Below are positions 51,315 to 64,000 of a stretch of 64,000 bases of DNA, piece by piece. The notes under the pieces are model-generated. The model saw only the letters and a program-made list of their open reading frames with translations. It did no database searches and was not told where the DNA came from. The DNA comes from Nageia nagi (lineage: Eukaryota > Plantae > Pinophyta), in assembly GCA_050084985.1 (NCBI GenBank), contig JBITNC010000002.1, positions 32,488,001-32,552,000 of the forward strand, read 5' to 3'. Position numbers and translations under genes: made by a program. The first letter of the stretch is position 1. Each line of letters opens with the position of its first letter.

Positions 51315-54100
51315 GAAGCATTGAGAGTGTCACTACTTGTAATTATTAATTAATTTTCATCATGGAAGATAATTATTGATAAATTTATAATATTTACTAG
51401 GCATATTGGCTACTATTTTATGACAAACCTGAAGCCACAAGTCATTGGAAGAAGGATGTTGGAAAATAGGGTAGTCAATTTGCTATTATTAACTAAATTT
51501 CACAATGGTATCTACACCATGGAGGCTTGATAAGGATACATTAGAGTTATTTTGTTGTTGTGTTTATAATTAGAGGTTAGAAGTGAGATGTTGGAAGTAG
51601 AGAAGCTCTTCCTATTGTAAATTCTTCAAAATCCCTACAACTTAACCACTCAAAATAACTATGAATGATTCAAGGATAATGTTGCATTTGCAACTAATTT
51701 TTCTATTTGTGTTATAAAAAATTGATAATTATAGGGTTTATAAGATATATTTTGATGTTGAGTGTACCAAGAATGATATCTATGACTTGAAAAGGATGAC
51801 AAAATGTTATAGGGATCTTCAAATCACAAGTCCTTGGAATCTTATGATCATTTAAGTGAGGTGAAACCCCAACTCTACAAAGTTGTAAGATCCCTTATCC
51901 TTAATCAAAATTATGTTAGAAATAAATGATATAGATATTATACAAGTATTATAATCAATAATGGGCTATAGACAAGCCTAGGTGAGCTAATTTTACAATG
52001 ATATGTGATAATAATGACAATATATGACAATGAATATTCAATATCTAATGATGTATAGAGATTTGACTAAAGTAATCAAATAATGTAAATGATAATGATT
52101 AAAATATTAAAAATGATGGATCTAAGCTAAACAAATCTAAGTAACAAAAAAGAAGTTTTAAACCCTAAGGTTAAAACCTTAAATATCAAACCCTAAGTGT
52201 GAAATATAGTGTAGTTATGCCTATATGTCAAGCAAGTAATAAATATATAATATTAATAGAGGATAAAAGCCTTCAATTGTATATTTAATTAATATATAAA
52301 CCTATAAAACTCTTCAAATTTACCATCAATATCATAAAGATCTTTAAGCTAAAAAAGATACCTCAACCCATCAAGAATGGAGAAGCAATCTTAAGGCTCA
52401 AAGGTGTAGGATCAAGACTTGATGTAAACCCTTCAAATTGATGTCAAAAAATTAGATTTGCATGTAGATAGTACAAAATTTATAGAGCTCATAAAAATAA
52501 AAGTATTAACCTTGAAAATTGATCCCTAATCACCTATTTATAAACATTAGATAAGATCATCTAGATGATTTGGGACCTGTAGGATCATCCAGATGATTAG
52601 AACCAAAGTGTTAAAAATTACTTGAGTACCAAAATGATGTCAACCAAACTTGCCATAAATGTTGCATAACACATTAATTCAAAATGATAAGATAAATATC
52701 ATAAATGATAGTAAAATATCATTAACAAGGTAAAATATAATTTTAGAGTATTTATAGTTACCCCTTTTGTGTTGAGTTTTGAAACCTATGAGAAGCTTAG
52801 TACAAAAAAATGTGATGATAAATTGATATTTGATAATGATAATGATATAAAAGCATAAAAAAATTAGGATGAGTGCTAGTATTAGCACATGATAGGCCAT
52901 ATAATATCATCCTAAACATTCAACTTGGGTTTGGTTTCGATACATAATAGACTATATAAGATTAAGTCGAACACCATGATAATCCAATGATGTTTAGTTT
53001 CTACACATGATAGGCCATTTAATATGGAGTTGGAAATTATAAAAATAACTTACAATAAATCTAAAAATTAGATAAATTAGTTTGTAGAATAATAAAGCAA
53101 AAGTTTAATCTATCTAATTTAAGTATAGAGAGGGAAATGATATCTGGTTTGCCCCAACATTCGAAGGGTGATAAGAAAGTAAATGATCTGACTCTAATTT
53201 ATCCCAATAGTCAAAGGAAAGGATCACATGCCTGCATACTTGTAAGTGTTGGATCATAGCATGTAAACATTTAATACTTGAATAAAGGTACCAAATGATC
53301 TCTACTTTACCCCAATAGTTGAAGGGTGATGATAAAATGATCTTTGTTTTACCCCAATAGTTAAAGGGAAAGTGATCGTAGGCTCATTGATCTACCAAGT
53401 GTTGGATTATAGCACTTAGGTATATTATTCTCATACAAAAATTGTAATGATCTTTGCTTTTCCCTAATAGCTGAAGGATGGGGGACTGTAGGCTCACAGA
53501 CCTACTAAGCATTTGAACCATAGCACACAAGTGTATGACACTTGAAAAAAAATGATAAAGTTGAACATGATGATGTCTAAGTATGTTAATTACCAATTGA
53601 TCATATGGAGCTAAGAATAATCTAGTAAAAAATCATGATATAAAAAATTCAAGCATGCATCTAAGGTATCCCTAACAATATTGATATTATACCTGCTAAT
53701 ATTTTATAAAACTTTTATCAAAATGAAATAGTATATAAAGCTCAACCCCTCAAATGGGAAGGTATGATGGATGAATATACATGATGCTTTATTGTTTGAC
53801 TAAATGAGCCAAAAAATGATGAAAATGAATTCAAGTTTACAAAGGGAGATAATACATAGTAGATCATCTAGGTAACTATAAGGTCTCACTTGCTTGCAAT
53901 AGGAAGAGCTTCTTATACTTCCAATGTTTTATTTCTAACTTCCAATTTTGACCATAGTAACAAAACAAAATCTAATGTTTCCTTCTCAAGTATCCATATT
54001 TAGATACCACTATGTTAGTAGCAAAGAATTTCATTGTGTAAATTGGTCAACTTAATTATTAGTTAAATGACTAAATACTAATTTTCAACTACTCCACCTC
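51315..54100 (-). repeat. LTR-like block, copy 1 (inverted B, C, A, partial B)
   Basis: 51621-53600 aligns with 57928-59982. 53605-54100 aligns with 57345-57790. 51315-51620 is the reverse complement of 57622-57934. Minus-strand TATAAATAGG at 52533-52542. Confidence 0.82.
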
Positions 54101-54979
54101 ATGTGACTGAAACAACATGACTCCTCAAACCATCAAATGGGACCAATAAGAGGAGAAGTGGGGATAAAGACAATGTGTGAGAGCCATATGTGTAGTAATC
54201 ATATCATTTTAATTGATCTTATTAATGTTAATAAAAGGCTTGACCCTCTCTTATTGTAACTAAATTATTTGTCTTTGCTTTTTATATCCTCTTCAATTTA
54301 TCAATCGATTCTTAGGTATAGACAAGAATCCTATCGATCGATTTGATTGGTGAATAATTTTGTTACTAGAACATATACAAATAAGAGGATTTAAGGATTG
54401 AGTGGAATTTCTATCATATTTATAAGTGAAAATCTTTTCTTCCTTCATGAAAATCATTGCAAGCATGGTTCTTGAGGGAATTGAAAAACTCCAAAAAGTG
54501 GATTATTTGATAGATAGGATACGGTAAAGCCAAATTGATCTATTTGATTCATGGAGATGGAAGTTACTAGAATTTTTTTGATGAATTTTTAAATGTATTT
54601 ATGAAGTGGATAACCAAATAGAAAGAATTTAAAATACACCTTATTCTAAAACTCTAGTGGGATAAAGAGAACTTGCTACAACTAGAACAATGAATGTAAT
54701 CTTGGACACAAAAAGTTGATGAATGGGTCCATAGTACCTTAGATACCTACACTATTGAATTTATGTTGCAGTATTGGGTGTGATGGTAAGTAAGTAGAGA
54801 AATATTCTTTAAATGACCTAGGAAAATATTTTGTATATTTGCAAATGATATCTAATTAAGGGGCTACCATAATAACTCTCTCCTACATGTAGGGGGGACA
54901 TGCTTGGGGGTAGGGGAAAATATGGTGCAAATAAATATTAACTAAATTGGTATGGGGAAATTAAAGGGTATGAGAAAAA

Positions 54980-57345
54980 AGATGCAATGGTTGAAAAGGA
55001 GAACTTATATGAAGATGATAGGATCAAAAAACAATCAACAAAATTCTAAAAGAGAGAAACACACAACAATGAAGAAAGAAGAAGTAACTAGTTTAACTTA
55101 AGTTTGATTACACTATAAAGATTTTATGATAATAGATTACGAGAGAAAGGAAAAAAGGATAAAGAAAAGAGGAAGCTAAATATGGAGATAGACAGGAACA
55201 GGGAATAAAGTTCACTATTAGGACCAAATTTAGAAGATGATATAACAAAAATTCAAGAAACAGTAGATGACTATGTTAAATGTGGGAGGCATATTGATGA
55301 AGGACTAAATAGAGATGGGATTGAACCTAAATTGGTGGAAAATGAGGGTACCATCAAGGATATACCAATTGAAAAACTACTACCATTGATAATAATGGTG
55401 AACATTGAGGGAGATAGGACTATATAAGGATTCATAGTAGTAGAGAAACATACATATGAGTATGATGATAACTTTTTTGGACCATTTGTAAGCTCACCTA
55501 ACACTCCAAAAGGAGCACTCTTTAATTTCAAACCAATTCAATAGTATACTAGATAATATGATTCAACCACTCATCAATCAACTAAATGAGATCACCAATA
55601 GGGATATTGAAGACCTCATAACAAAGGCTATAATAGATGAACCTATTGAACCAGGGGCCAAAAATTGAGAACTCAATATCATCGAACCTATACACAAAAT
55701 TGAGAATGAGCTATAGTACCCTTTATCCTCAGAATTAATAGATAATAATATGACCCTTACTGACATAATCAATCAAAAGATACAAAAGATTGAATACTTA
55801 GTTCCCCATAACTTCTCCTTTCCCCTCGCACCAATAGATAACCTAAACATTTTAAAAAGTTTTTTCATTCCCTTTAAGAAGCCTAGAACCTTAGGACAAT
55901 CCTCTACTCCAATTATAGAGGAAATAATAGAATATCTATTTAAGAATATATTTGAAGTTATAGGTGAAAACTATTTTGATATACAATTACAAAGGGATCA
56001 ACCTAGTACATCCAATCAATATTATTGATATATGATACCAAACCTTCAACATAATAGACAATGAAAACATAACCCTCAACCTCAACAACATAATGACCAA
56101 CAAATGGTTGCTTTATACTAAATTACCTATCTTCCAAAAAGATATGTACGATGTAAAGGAGCACTTATTTATGCTAGAAAATAATTGGACAAGGTGGTAG
56201 GTTACAAATGAGGGTACATTTGTTATCAAATTTATAGACATAAAATATGATTAAGCATTAAAATGGTATATAAAATTAATAGATCTTCCCCAAGGACGAA
56301 CAACAAAAATATAGAATGAAATTAAAGTAGCTTTCAAAGCTAAATACAATTTTTCAAAATCTAGACTATAAAGCATAAGTAAAATTTATGACTTAATCAT
56401 GGTACCTAGAGAAACAATACAAGAGTATGGTAAAATATTTATATTCACTCAAAGAAGACTTCATCAACCAATGACAAGAAACTAGAAAGTGGAATGGTTC
56501 ATTTCTAGGCTACAATTGGAGTTCAAAAGAGCCATGGAGAAAATATACCCAACATATATCAATGCCTTATACGTATTGATCAAGATTGAATCCCAAACAT
56601 GGTGAGTAAATACTATTAATGATGATTTGTATAGTCAAATAATGAAATTAATTGAATAAATTGATAACTTATCGATACAAGGTAACTCTACAATGCCTTC
56701 ATAGTGTAGAGAAATTTGATATCAACTTTGTACCAAAGAAGGATATCTAGTAAAAGAGTACCCAATACTTCAAAAATTTGATCAAGAATATTCCCAACAC
56801 TATTGAATTTTAGGTGTTCATAATATCAAATATTTCCTACTAATCAATATTCAAAACAATGGCATAGATGGGTGAATAAGTTATTGAACTTGTAGATCCC
56901 AAAATCATTGGAATTATCAATGTCATGACAAGAAATTATTATATGACATTGAGGAAGAATTACAAAGGAACCCATGAGCATTTATATTACAACAATACCA
57001 AGAATCAAAATTCAAAGCCATTGAACAAATACCAATGCCATTCATCTATGAATCAGGAGTTACATATATTATTGTTGTTGCTTCTTCTCAAAAAACAATC
57101 AAGAGAATAATATGATTCACCTAATTATTAATACAATAACCAAGAATGTGTATGTGATAGAGTAGGTGGATATAGGAGAGGATATTAGGGTGATAGAGGA
57201 GGTCATTAACCCCAATGCTTCAACTATGATTATTTCTCCCATTGATAATATGAATGTCCACATCCTTGGGCATTTTTAAGGTGTCAATTTTATCAAATGA
57301 TGAATGACCATAGTTTTGTATATTTTCCTAAACTATTTTAGGATA
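54980..57345 (+). pseudogene. gag: Gypsy gag remnant (Retrotrans_gag-like plus multiple decayed zinc knuckles); no protease follows
   Basis: ALKWYIKL..*NEIKVAFKAKY..ETIQEYGKIF..KVEWFISRL; QLCTKEGYLVKEYP; TCRSQNHWNYQC; QCFNYDYFSH**YECPHPWAFLRCQFYQMMNDHS. Confidence 0.72.
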
Positions 57346-60135
57346 TGTAGGCTAGAAATCTAATGAACAATAATGATATAAAAAGTTCAACCATGCATAT
57401 GAGGAATTCCTAATGATGTTGATGTTTCACCTACTAGGATTTCGTAAAACTTTGATCAAAATGAAATAGTATGTGAAGCTCACCCCCTCAAATGGGAAGG
57501 AATGATGGATAAATATATAGGATTGAATGAGACATAAAATGATGAAAACAACTTCAAGTTGACAAAGGGAGATAATATAGAGCAAATCATCCAGGTGACT
57601 GCAAGGTCTCACTTGAAAGCTCACAATAGGAAGAGCTTCCTATACTTCTAACATCTCACTTCTAACTTCCAATTCTAACCACATCAAAAAAATAACTCTA
57701 ATGTCTTTTTCTTAGGTGTACATGGTGTAGATACTATTGCAAAATTTTGTCAACAACAACAAATTAACTATCCTATTTTCCAATATCCTCCTTCCAATGA
57801 ATTGTGACTTCAATTTTGTTAGAAAATAGTGGCTAGTATGCCTATTAGTTCCTATAAATTTGTCAATACTTATTTTTCATGATGAAAATGAATTAATACT
57901 TACAAGTATTGATACTTGGAATGCTAAATGCTTCAAAAGCCTTGTAACTTAACCACTCAAAACACCTATAAATGATTCATGGATAATGTTGTATTTGCAT
58001 CTAATTTTCCTATATGTGTCATAAAAAATTGACAATAAGATGGTTGAGAAGATGTCCTTTTATATTTAATGTGCCAAAAATATATGTAATACCTAAAAAT
58101 TGAAGACAAAATGTTATAGGGAGATTCAAATTACAAATCCTTGGGAGCTTGTGATCATTCAAGTTAGGTGAAACCCCAACTCTACAAGATTGTAAGCTCC
58201 CTAGTCCTTAGTCAATAGGATGCTATAAAATAATGATATTCCTATTATGAAAGTGTGATGCTCAAACATGGACTATAGATAATCCTAGGTGAGAAAATTT
58301 GACAATAATATGTGATAACAATGATAAGATATATAATAAATGATCAAGATCCAAATATGTATAAAGATTTCATTATAATGATAAAATGATGTAAATGAGA
58401 AGGATTACAAGGTTAAAAATGGTTTATCTACACTAAAAAAAGCTAATAAAAAATAAATTCTAGACCTTAAATTTCAAATCCTAGGTTGAAATTGTAAGGT
58501 TTAGACCTTAAATTTCAAACCCTAGGTTGAAACTCTATGTGTGAAATATAGCCTAGTTATGCTTATATGTCAAATAAGTAATAAAGACACAATATTAATG
58601 GAGGATAAAAGAATTCAAATATAGATTTTATTAATATATAAATGTGCAAAACTAATGAAAGTCACCATCAATATCACAAAGATCTTTAAGCTACAAAACA
58701 TACCTCAATCCATCAAGAATAGAGAAGCAATCCCAAGGCTCAAAGGTGTAGGCTCAAGAATTGATGGAAAACCTTCAAAGTGATGTCACAAACTCAAATT
58801 TATGTATATATAGTAAAAATATTGTAGAGCTCATGAAAATGAAAGTGTTAACCTTGAAAATTGAGCCCCAATCACCTATTTATAAACATCATACAAGATC
58901 ATTCAAATGATTAGGGACCTACAAGAGAGTTTGAACAATTATTGGAACTAAAGTGTTAGAAATGACTTAAGTACTAAAATACAATTGATCGAACCTACCA
59001 TAAATAATGAATAACATGTTAGATCAATATGATAGTACATGATAAGATAAATATCATAAATGATAGTAAAACACTATCAATAAGGTAAAATACAATTTTA
59101 GGGTGTTTATAATTTACCCTTTTATGTTGAGCTTCAAAACCTAGGAGAAGCTTAGTACAAAATATGTGATATGATAAAGTGATAATGATATATAAGCATA
59201 AAATAATTAGGATGAGAACTAGTTTTGGCACATAATAGGCCATATAATATGATCATGAACATTCAACCTGAGTCTAGTTTTAGTTTTAGTGCATGAAAGG
59301 TCATATAAGATTGAGTTGAACACCATGATAATACAATAAAGTTTGGTTTCGATACATGACAGATCATTTAAGATGAAGTTGAAAATCATGATAATTACCT
59401 ATGATGAATATGAAAAATAGATCAAGTATTATGTAGAATAAGAAAGAAAAAATTTAATCTATCTAATCTAAGTGTGAAAAGGAAAATAATCTCTTCTTTG
59501 CCCCAATAGTAAAAGGGTAACAAGAAAGTAAATAATCTTTGCTTTTCCATAGCAGCTGAAGGGTGTTTAACTTTGCTTTTTCCCAATAGTCAAAGGGAAG
59601 GATCATAGGCTTGCATACCTACCAAGCATTGTAGCATATCATGCAAGCATACAACTCTTGAATAAAGGTACCAAATGATCTCTACTTTGCCATAGTAGCT
59701 AAAGGGTGATGATAAAATGATGTCTACTTTGTCCCAATAGTTGAAGAGAAAGTGATCATAGGCTTGAAAACCTACCAAGTATTGGAGCATAGCACACAAG
59801 AATACAATGCTTGTACAAAAATGATAATTATATTTATTTTAACCCATAAGCTAACGGGTGAAGGACCGTAGGCTCATAGCCTACCAAGCATTTGAACCAT
59901 AGCACATAAGTGTATGATGCTTGATAAAAAATGATAAAGTTGACAATGATGATGTTTAAGGATGTTGATTACCAATCAACCATGTAAAGTGAAGCTCTCA
60001 CCCTCAAATGGGAAGGTGTGTTAGATGAATAGATAGGATGCCTGAGTATTTGACTAAATGAGCTAAAAAATAATGAAAATGAATTCAAGTTCACAAAGGA
60101 AGACTATATAGAGAAGATATTTGGGTGACTAGGGT
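57345..60135 (-). repeat. LTR-like block, copy 2 (A, B, C, partial A) with internal CCCAATAG..GAAGGG subrepeats
   Basis: CCCTCAAATGGGAAGG occurs at ~53747, ~57486 and ~60001. Minus-strand TATAAATAGG at 58875-58884. Subrepeat cluster 59480-59920 mirrors 53130-53540. Confidence 0.82.
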
Positions 60136-61145
60136 TTTATCAAATCATCTAGATGACCTTGGATCACTAGGATAATCTAATACCTTTTATATAATAAATA
60201 AAAAGTAAATTTAGGAATTTCATCAAGTCATTTTGAAAGCAACATTGTTGAATTTTACAAGTCAAGATATTTGGACTATTGTTATCGATAATGAGGGATA
60301 CATGTGGTGATAAGTGTTGAAGATAGTAATGTGTGGGAATTTTGATAACATGGTGACCATATAGTTGGTAGTATAATTCATGAAACATATCTATAATGTG
60401 ATCAAGTAGCATAGGTAGACTAAGTAATGAACCTCTAACCAAAAAGGTAGGTTGAAACCCTTATGCCTAACATTACTTAGCATAATTTAAAATATAGAGT
60501 TTTAAACTAGAAATAAATAAGGAAATGTTAGTGTAAATAAATAATTTAATTGTAAATGAACAAGGTAGTACAACACTTAGAGCGATAGAGAAATAATTAA
60601 ATATTTAGATAAAGTAACAACAATAAATACTATATACCAAGGGTGAACCCCATCCATGTAAAATACATAATCAAACCTGTAGTGGGAGATATTACCCTAG
60701 ATATACAAGTAGTTAAAAAAATATGATAAACTTTACAACAATCAATAATGATGAGACTAGAATAAAATGAATAGAAATTTAAGATTTTGAATTTGCATAT
60801 TCATTATTTTATGATGTTTTTTGCACATTGTTGTAGGTAGTATTTAAAAAATTTGAAAAATGCATAGATAGATTTTATTTTTCCTATTTTTCTCACTATA
60901 AATCATCCTCATCCTAGATGACCCAATTTAGGAGTGGTCTAAGATGTAAATGATTAGACCAATCATTCAAATTACTAGCCTAGTCATCCAAAGGTTAGAT
61001 GACTAAAGTTAGGAAGTCACCCATCATAAGAATGATTTTGACTTAGTGAGACTAATTAATAAATGAATGAAATGAACCTAACATGAAAATAAAACATGAT
61101 ACATAGGTAAACAAAATGTTTAACTTACATATAGAAATTACTAAT

Positions 61146-62014
61146 TGTTGCAGTGAAAATAAAGCTAGAATGTAGAATAACATAAAATACAATTATTCTT
61201 AAATCTTCACTGAACCTCAAATTATGTGAAATAGATTGAAATGCTGTAATTATAAATTGATATTGATTTTTAGTTCAAACTACAATTTGCCCTTGGAAGG
61301 GACTTTTACAAATGCCATTTGCCAAAATGAAGGTATTAGATCTTCATTGTTTTTTATTTGCTTGCTTCTTTCCTTGATATGGACAACCTGTAAATCCTAC
61401 ACACATACAAAAGACAATAACATCAAAGCATCTATGTATGACATGTATTGAATTGAAACTTGCATAAAACAATAAAAGGTATGAGCTCACAAGATTTTGG
61501 CAGTATTACCCTACTTCAAAAATGGGTCAAGATCCTCTCTTAATTGCTTTGTATTGGCATGTATTTATAAATTTTAGGTGAGATGTTCCAAGGCTGGTAA
61601 GGGGAAGTGAAAAGCCACCATAGGTCATAACTGACCCCCTCTATCCACATCATCTTGGAAAAATGAAATATTTCAACTTTCTCTCATTGTTTTGGTTTCT
61701 TGTTCAGCTGTTATAGAGTCATCGATGATTACCATACAAACACTGGCGATTACCATACGAACGTTGACGATCGCCTCAAAACATTGTTGACTATTTTGGG
61801 TCGTTGGTGACTGGTTTTCAATTTTGTAATAATATTAAAATGACTGCCAAATAGCCAATTTTACCTAAAAAGAGTCATTTGACCACCCTTTTTGCATGTA
61901 CTCGATGGGGGCTATCCAAAAATATGGCTTTTAAACCCTATTTTATATTATCATGAAGAGTTATGATTATTTCAATGTTTACTAGTTAAAAAGGGACATT
62001 TTTAGGTGTCTACA
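61146..62014 (-). mobile_element. Solo LTR of family A
   Basis: Reverse complement of 1086-1974, with intact TG..CA ends. Perfect TSD CTAAT at 61141-61145 and 62015-62019. No PBS or PPT adjacent. Confidence 0.95.
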
Positions 62015-62129
62015 CTAATGTAGAACTAGAATAATACACATTAACAAAATAACTACTAAAACTCAAAATTTATGCCAAATAAAACTCAAACACAAGTTTT
62101 ATCCTCTTTGGATTGATATGAGAATCACG

Positions 62130-63030
62130 TTGATCTAGGTGGACTAGGATTGGTTGGAGATGGTTGGCTTAACAAGAGAGTGAGGGTACTCCTAATCATG
62201 GGAGATACCTCATACATGATAGTGCTTAGGGAGCATTTTAACCTATATAGGTGTACCTTTCTTCTCTTGATAGGGGAGATAACCATTACACCTCATGATA
62301 TCTATAAGATCTTTTGACTCCCAATGAAGGAAGAGATAATTATAGTTTCTATAGATAGAGTGGTAATTTGTCCATACATGGATGCTAGTTATAGGACTTG
62401 GGATATATAAAATGAAGGGATTTTCATTAAGCCCCTCTATAAGTATGGTCAACTTAAGTGTTGAGATACTCTAGATATCATCATTTATGCTACAAGTTTC
62501 CTTAAGATCTCAATTCTCATGGAATATATTTGACATCATCACATGGATGTTCAAAAATTAGATGATATTCATGTGGGGGCTAGTATTTCTGGTATAGACA
62601 TACAATGACATGGCAATAGTAGCTTAAGGATGATGGGGAGTGAGCATTTTTTAGCATATTCATCCTAGAAGGTTGAATTCTCTACCATCAATGTTTCACA
62701 TTAATGATATGATAAGAGACATCACTCCCATGGCTGGATGGGATTTCCCATATGCAAGGCATTAAGAGCATGATTTGGAGTGATTGCAAAGGTGCCCCTA
62801 TGAGAGGAGGACTATTTGGTATAGATAGATACTAGTGAGGCTACATCCCCAAGACATAGTGTGGCAATCATACCTCAACATACCATACTAGGTAGAGTAG
62901 GATGTGTAGTTGTTATATACTTAGCAAATCAAACACATAATGGGGAGACATACTAGAGATGTTGAGATATACCACTTCAAGAGGCTCCAACATTAGTATG
63001 GTTTGGTACAAGATGTACCACCTAATCTAG
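62130..63030 (+). pseudogene. Decayed plant mobile domain (PMD, aminotransferase-like, PF10536-type) ORF; low-complexity tail probably runs to the window end
   Basis: MIVLREHFNLYRCTFLLLIGEITITPHDIYKIF*LPMKEEII matches the ERW..ET.TFHLP.GEMTITL.DV..ILGLP motif. Later LVRLHPQDIVWQSY and VEIYHFKRLQH*YGLVQDVPP match RQFG..Q.VP. Confidence 0.75.
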
Positions 63031-64000
63031 TGCTTTATGGATAGATAGATAGAGAGGCCCTAGTGAGGCACCAAATTACATATACTAAGCTAGATGTTGT
63101 ACTAAATGCTCTTATAACATGAGTAATAGTTGATGATGTAGGTACCACACTAATATATGAGATTTGGTGGGCCCCAAGAGAGGTAAGTTTCTAGATTGGA
63201 TTATGAAAATGAGGTAGGGCTTAACATACCCAATTGATTCATGGGTATTAAAGGGAGGATCAGAGTAGGGTGTGGGAGCTACTAAGGAGGAGAAGGAGAC
63301 CACTGATGGGAATACCAAGGATAAAGAGGAGAGATAATATGATGGCATCCAAGAAGAGGGAATACCTGATGTGGATATGCTAGATCAACTAGAGTAGGAG
63401 GAGGAACTATAAGAGGACATGCAGCAACCAAAGTGGCTATAGCAAGGGGATACAAAGAGAGGGTTCTAAAGTTTATAGTGGTATCCCCACGAGATCCTAG
63501 AGCTAGGCTTAAGACCTACAATAGATGATAAGAGCATCCTTTAGTAGGGGGAGAGGGATGCACTCCAATGATAGTTGGAGATGATGCAAGTACATATCTT
63601 AATGGAGTAGAAAGTATAGATGGTAGCTCAAGGCTAACTAGGAGCCCTAACGGGTAACATATAAATACTCCTCATAGTGTTTATGGTAGTGTCTCAAGAT
63701 AGAGATATGCTCAAAGTGTAGGTAGAGGGAGGCATGGGTCTTGATGTAGAGCATACATGTTTGCTTAGAGCATGGGAGGTAGCAAAGAAATCTACCTAGA
63801 TAGAGGCAACATTGGTAGGGACTATGGTAGCTATAGGATGGGTGATGCCCACAACTATAGGGTTGAGGGCTTTGAGCCCCTTGGGATAGGTTAATTTATA
63901 GTAGCACCTACAACATGCTCTTGATGATATCAATCAAGAGGTAAGGGAAGCATGCACTGTTAGGATTTAAAGAGTTCATATAACCAAGAGCATTCACAAT

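Noticed and set aside
51315-60135. DIRS or Penelope-like element as the explanation for split and inverted repeats
   Set aside because: I could not recognise tyrosine recombinase, GIY-YIG or RT motifs; only a gypsy-type gag is present.

Overview
AT-rich, CpG-depleted plant heterochromatin made almost entirely of old, nested retrotransposons. The host is probably a gymnosperm (inferred from the Tat domain order PR-aRH-RT-RH-INT and very diverged LTR pairs). I found no intact host gene, RNA gene or CRISPR array; all coding regions are decayed TE ORFs. Left to right: (1) the 3' end of a Tat/Ogre-like element (147-bp array, PPT, LTR 1086-1974) inserted in the 5' LTR of (2) a SIRE-type Ty1/copia (1975-23354). 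Its gag is split by (3) a minus-strand Tat-type Ty3/gypsy (5572-17732, TSD GATGG) carrying an extra RNase H and a ~3.3 kb extra ORF. The SIRE sits in (4) an older minus-strand gypsy with a multi-zinc-knuckle gag (23355-27094). (5) A near full-length minus-strand L1 (31980-43153, 16-bp TSD) lies inside an LTR and hosts (6) a structurally complete Copia (34687-40335, TSD ATCTC). (7) A 2-kb non-autonomous LTR element abuts a (GA)n tract. (8) A gypsy 5' LTR+PBS is followed by a rearranged ~2.6-kb LTR-like duplication with a 300-bp inversion around a second multi-knuckle gag. (9) A solo LTR (TSD CTAAT) and a decayed plant-mobile-domain ORF end the window. The best novelty candidates are TE-level: the uncharacterised Tat accessory ORF, the PBS-like site where the Tat PPT should be, the inversion/tandem LTR block, and the microsatellite at a TSD. 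I cannot support a wholly new biological system. All alignments and identity figures were done by eye.
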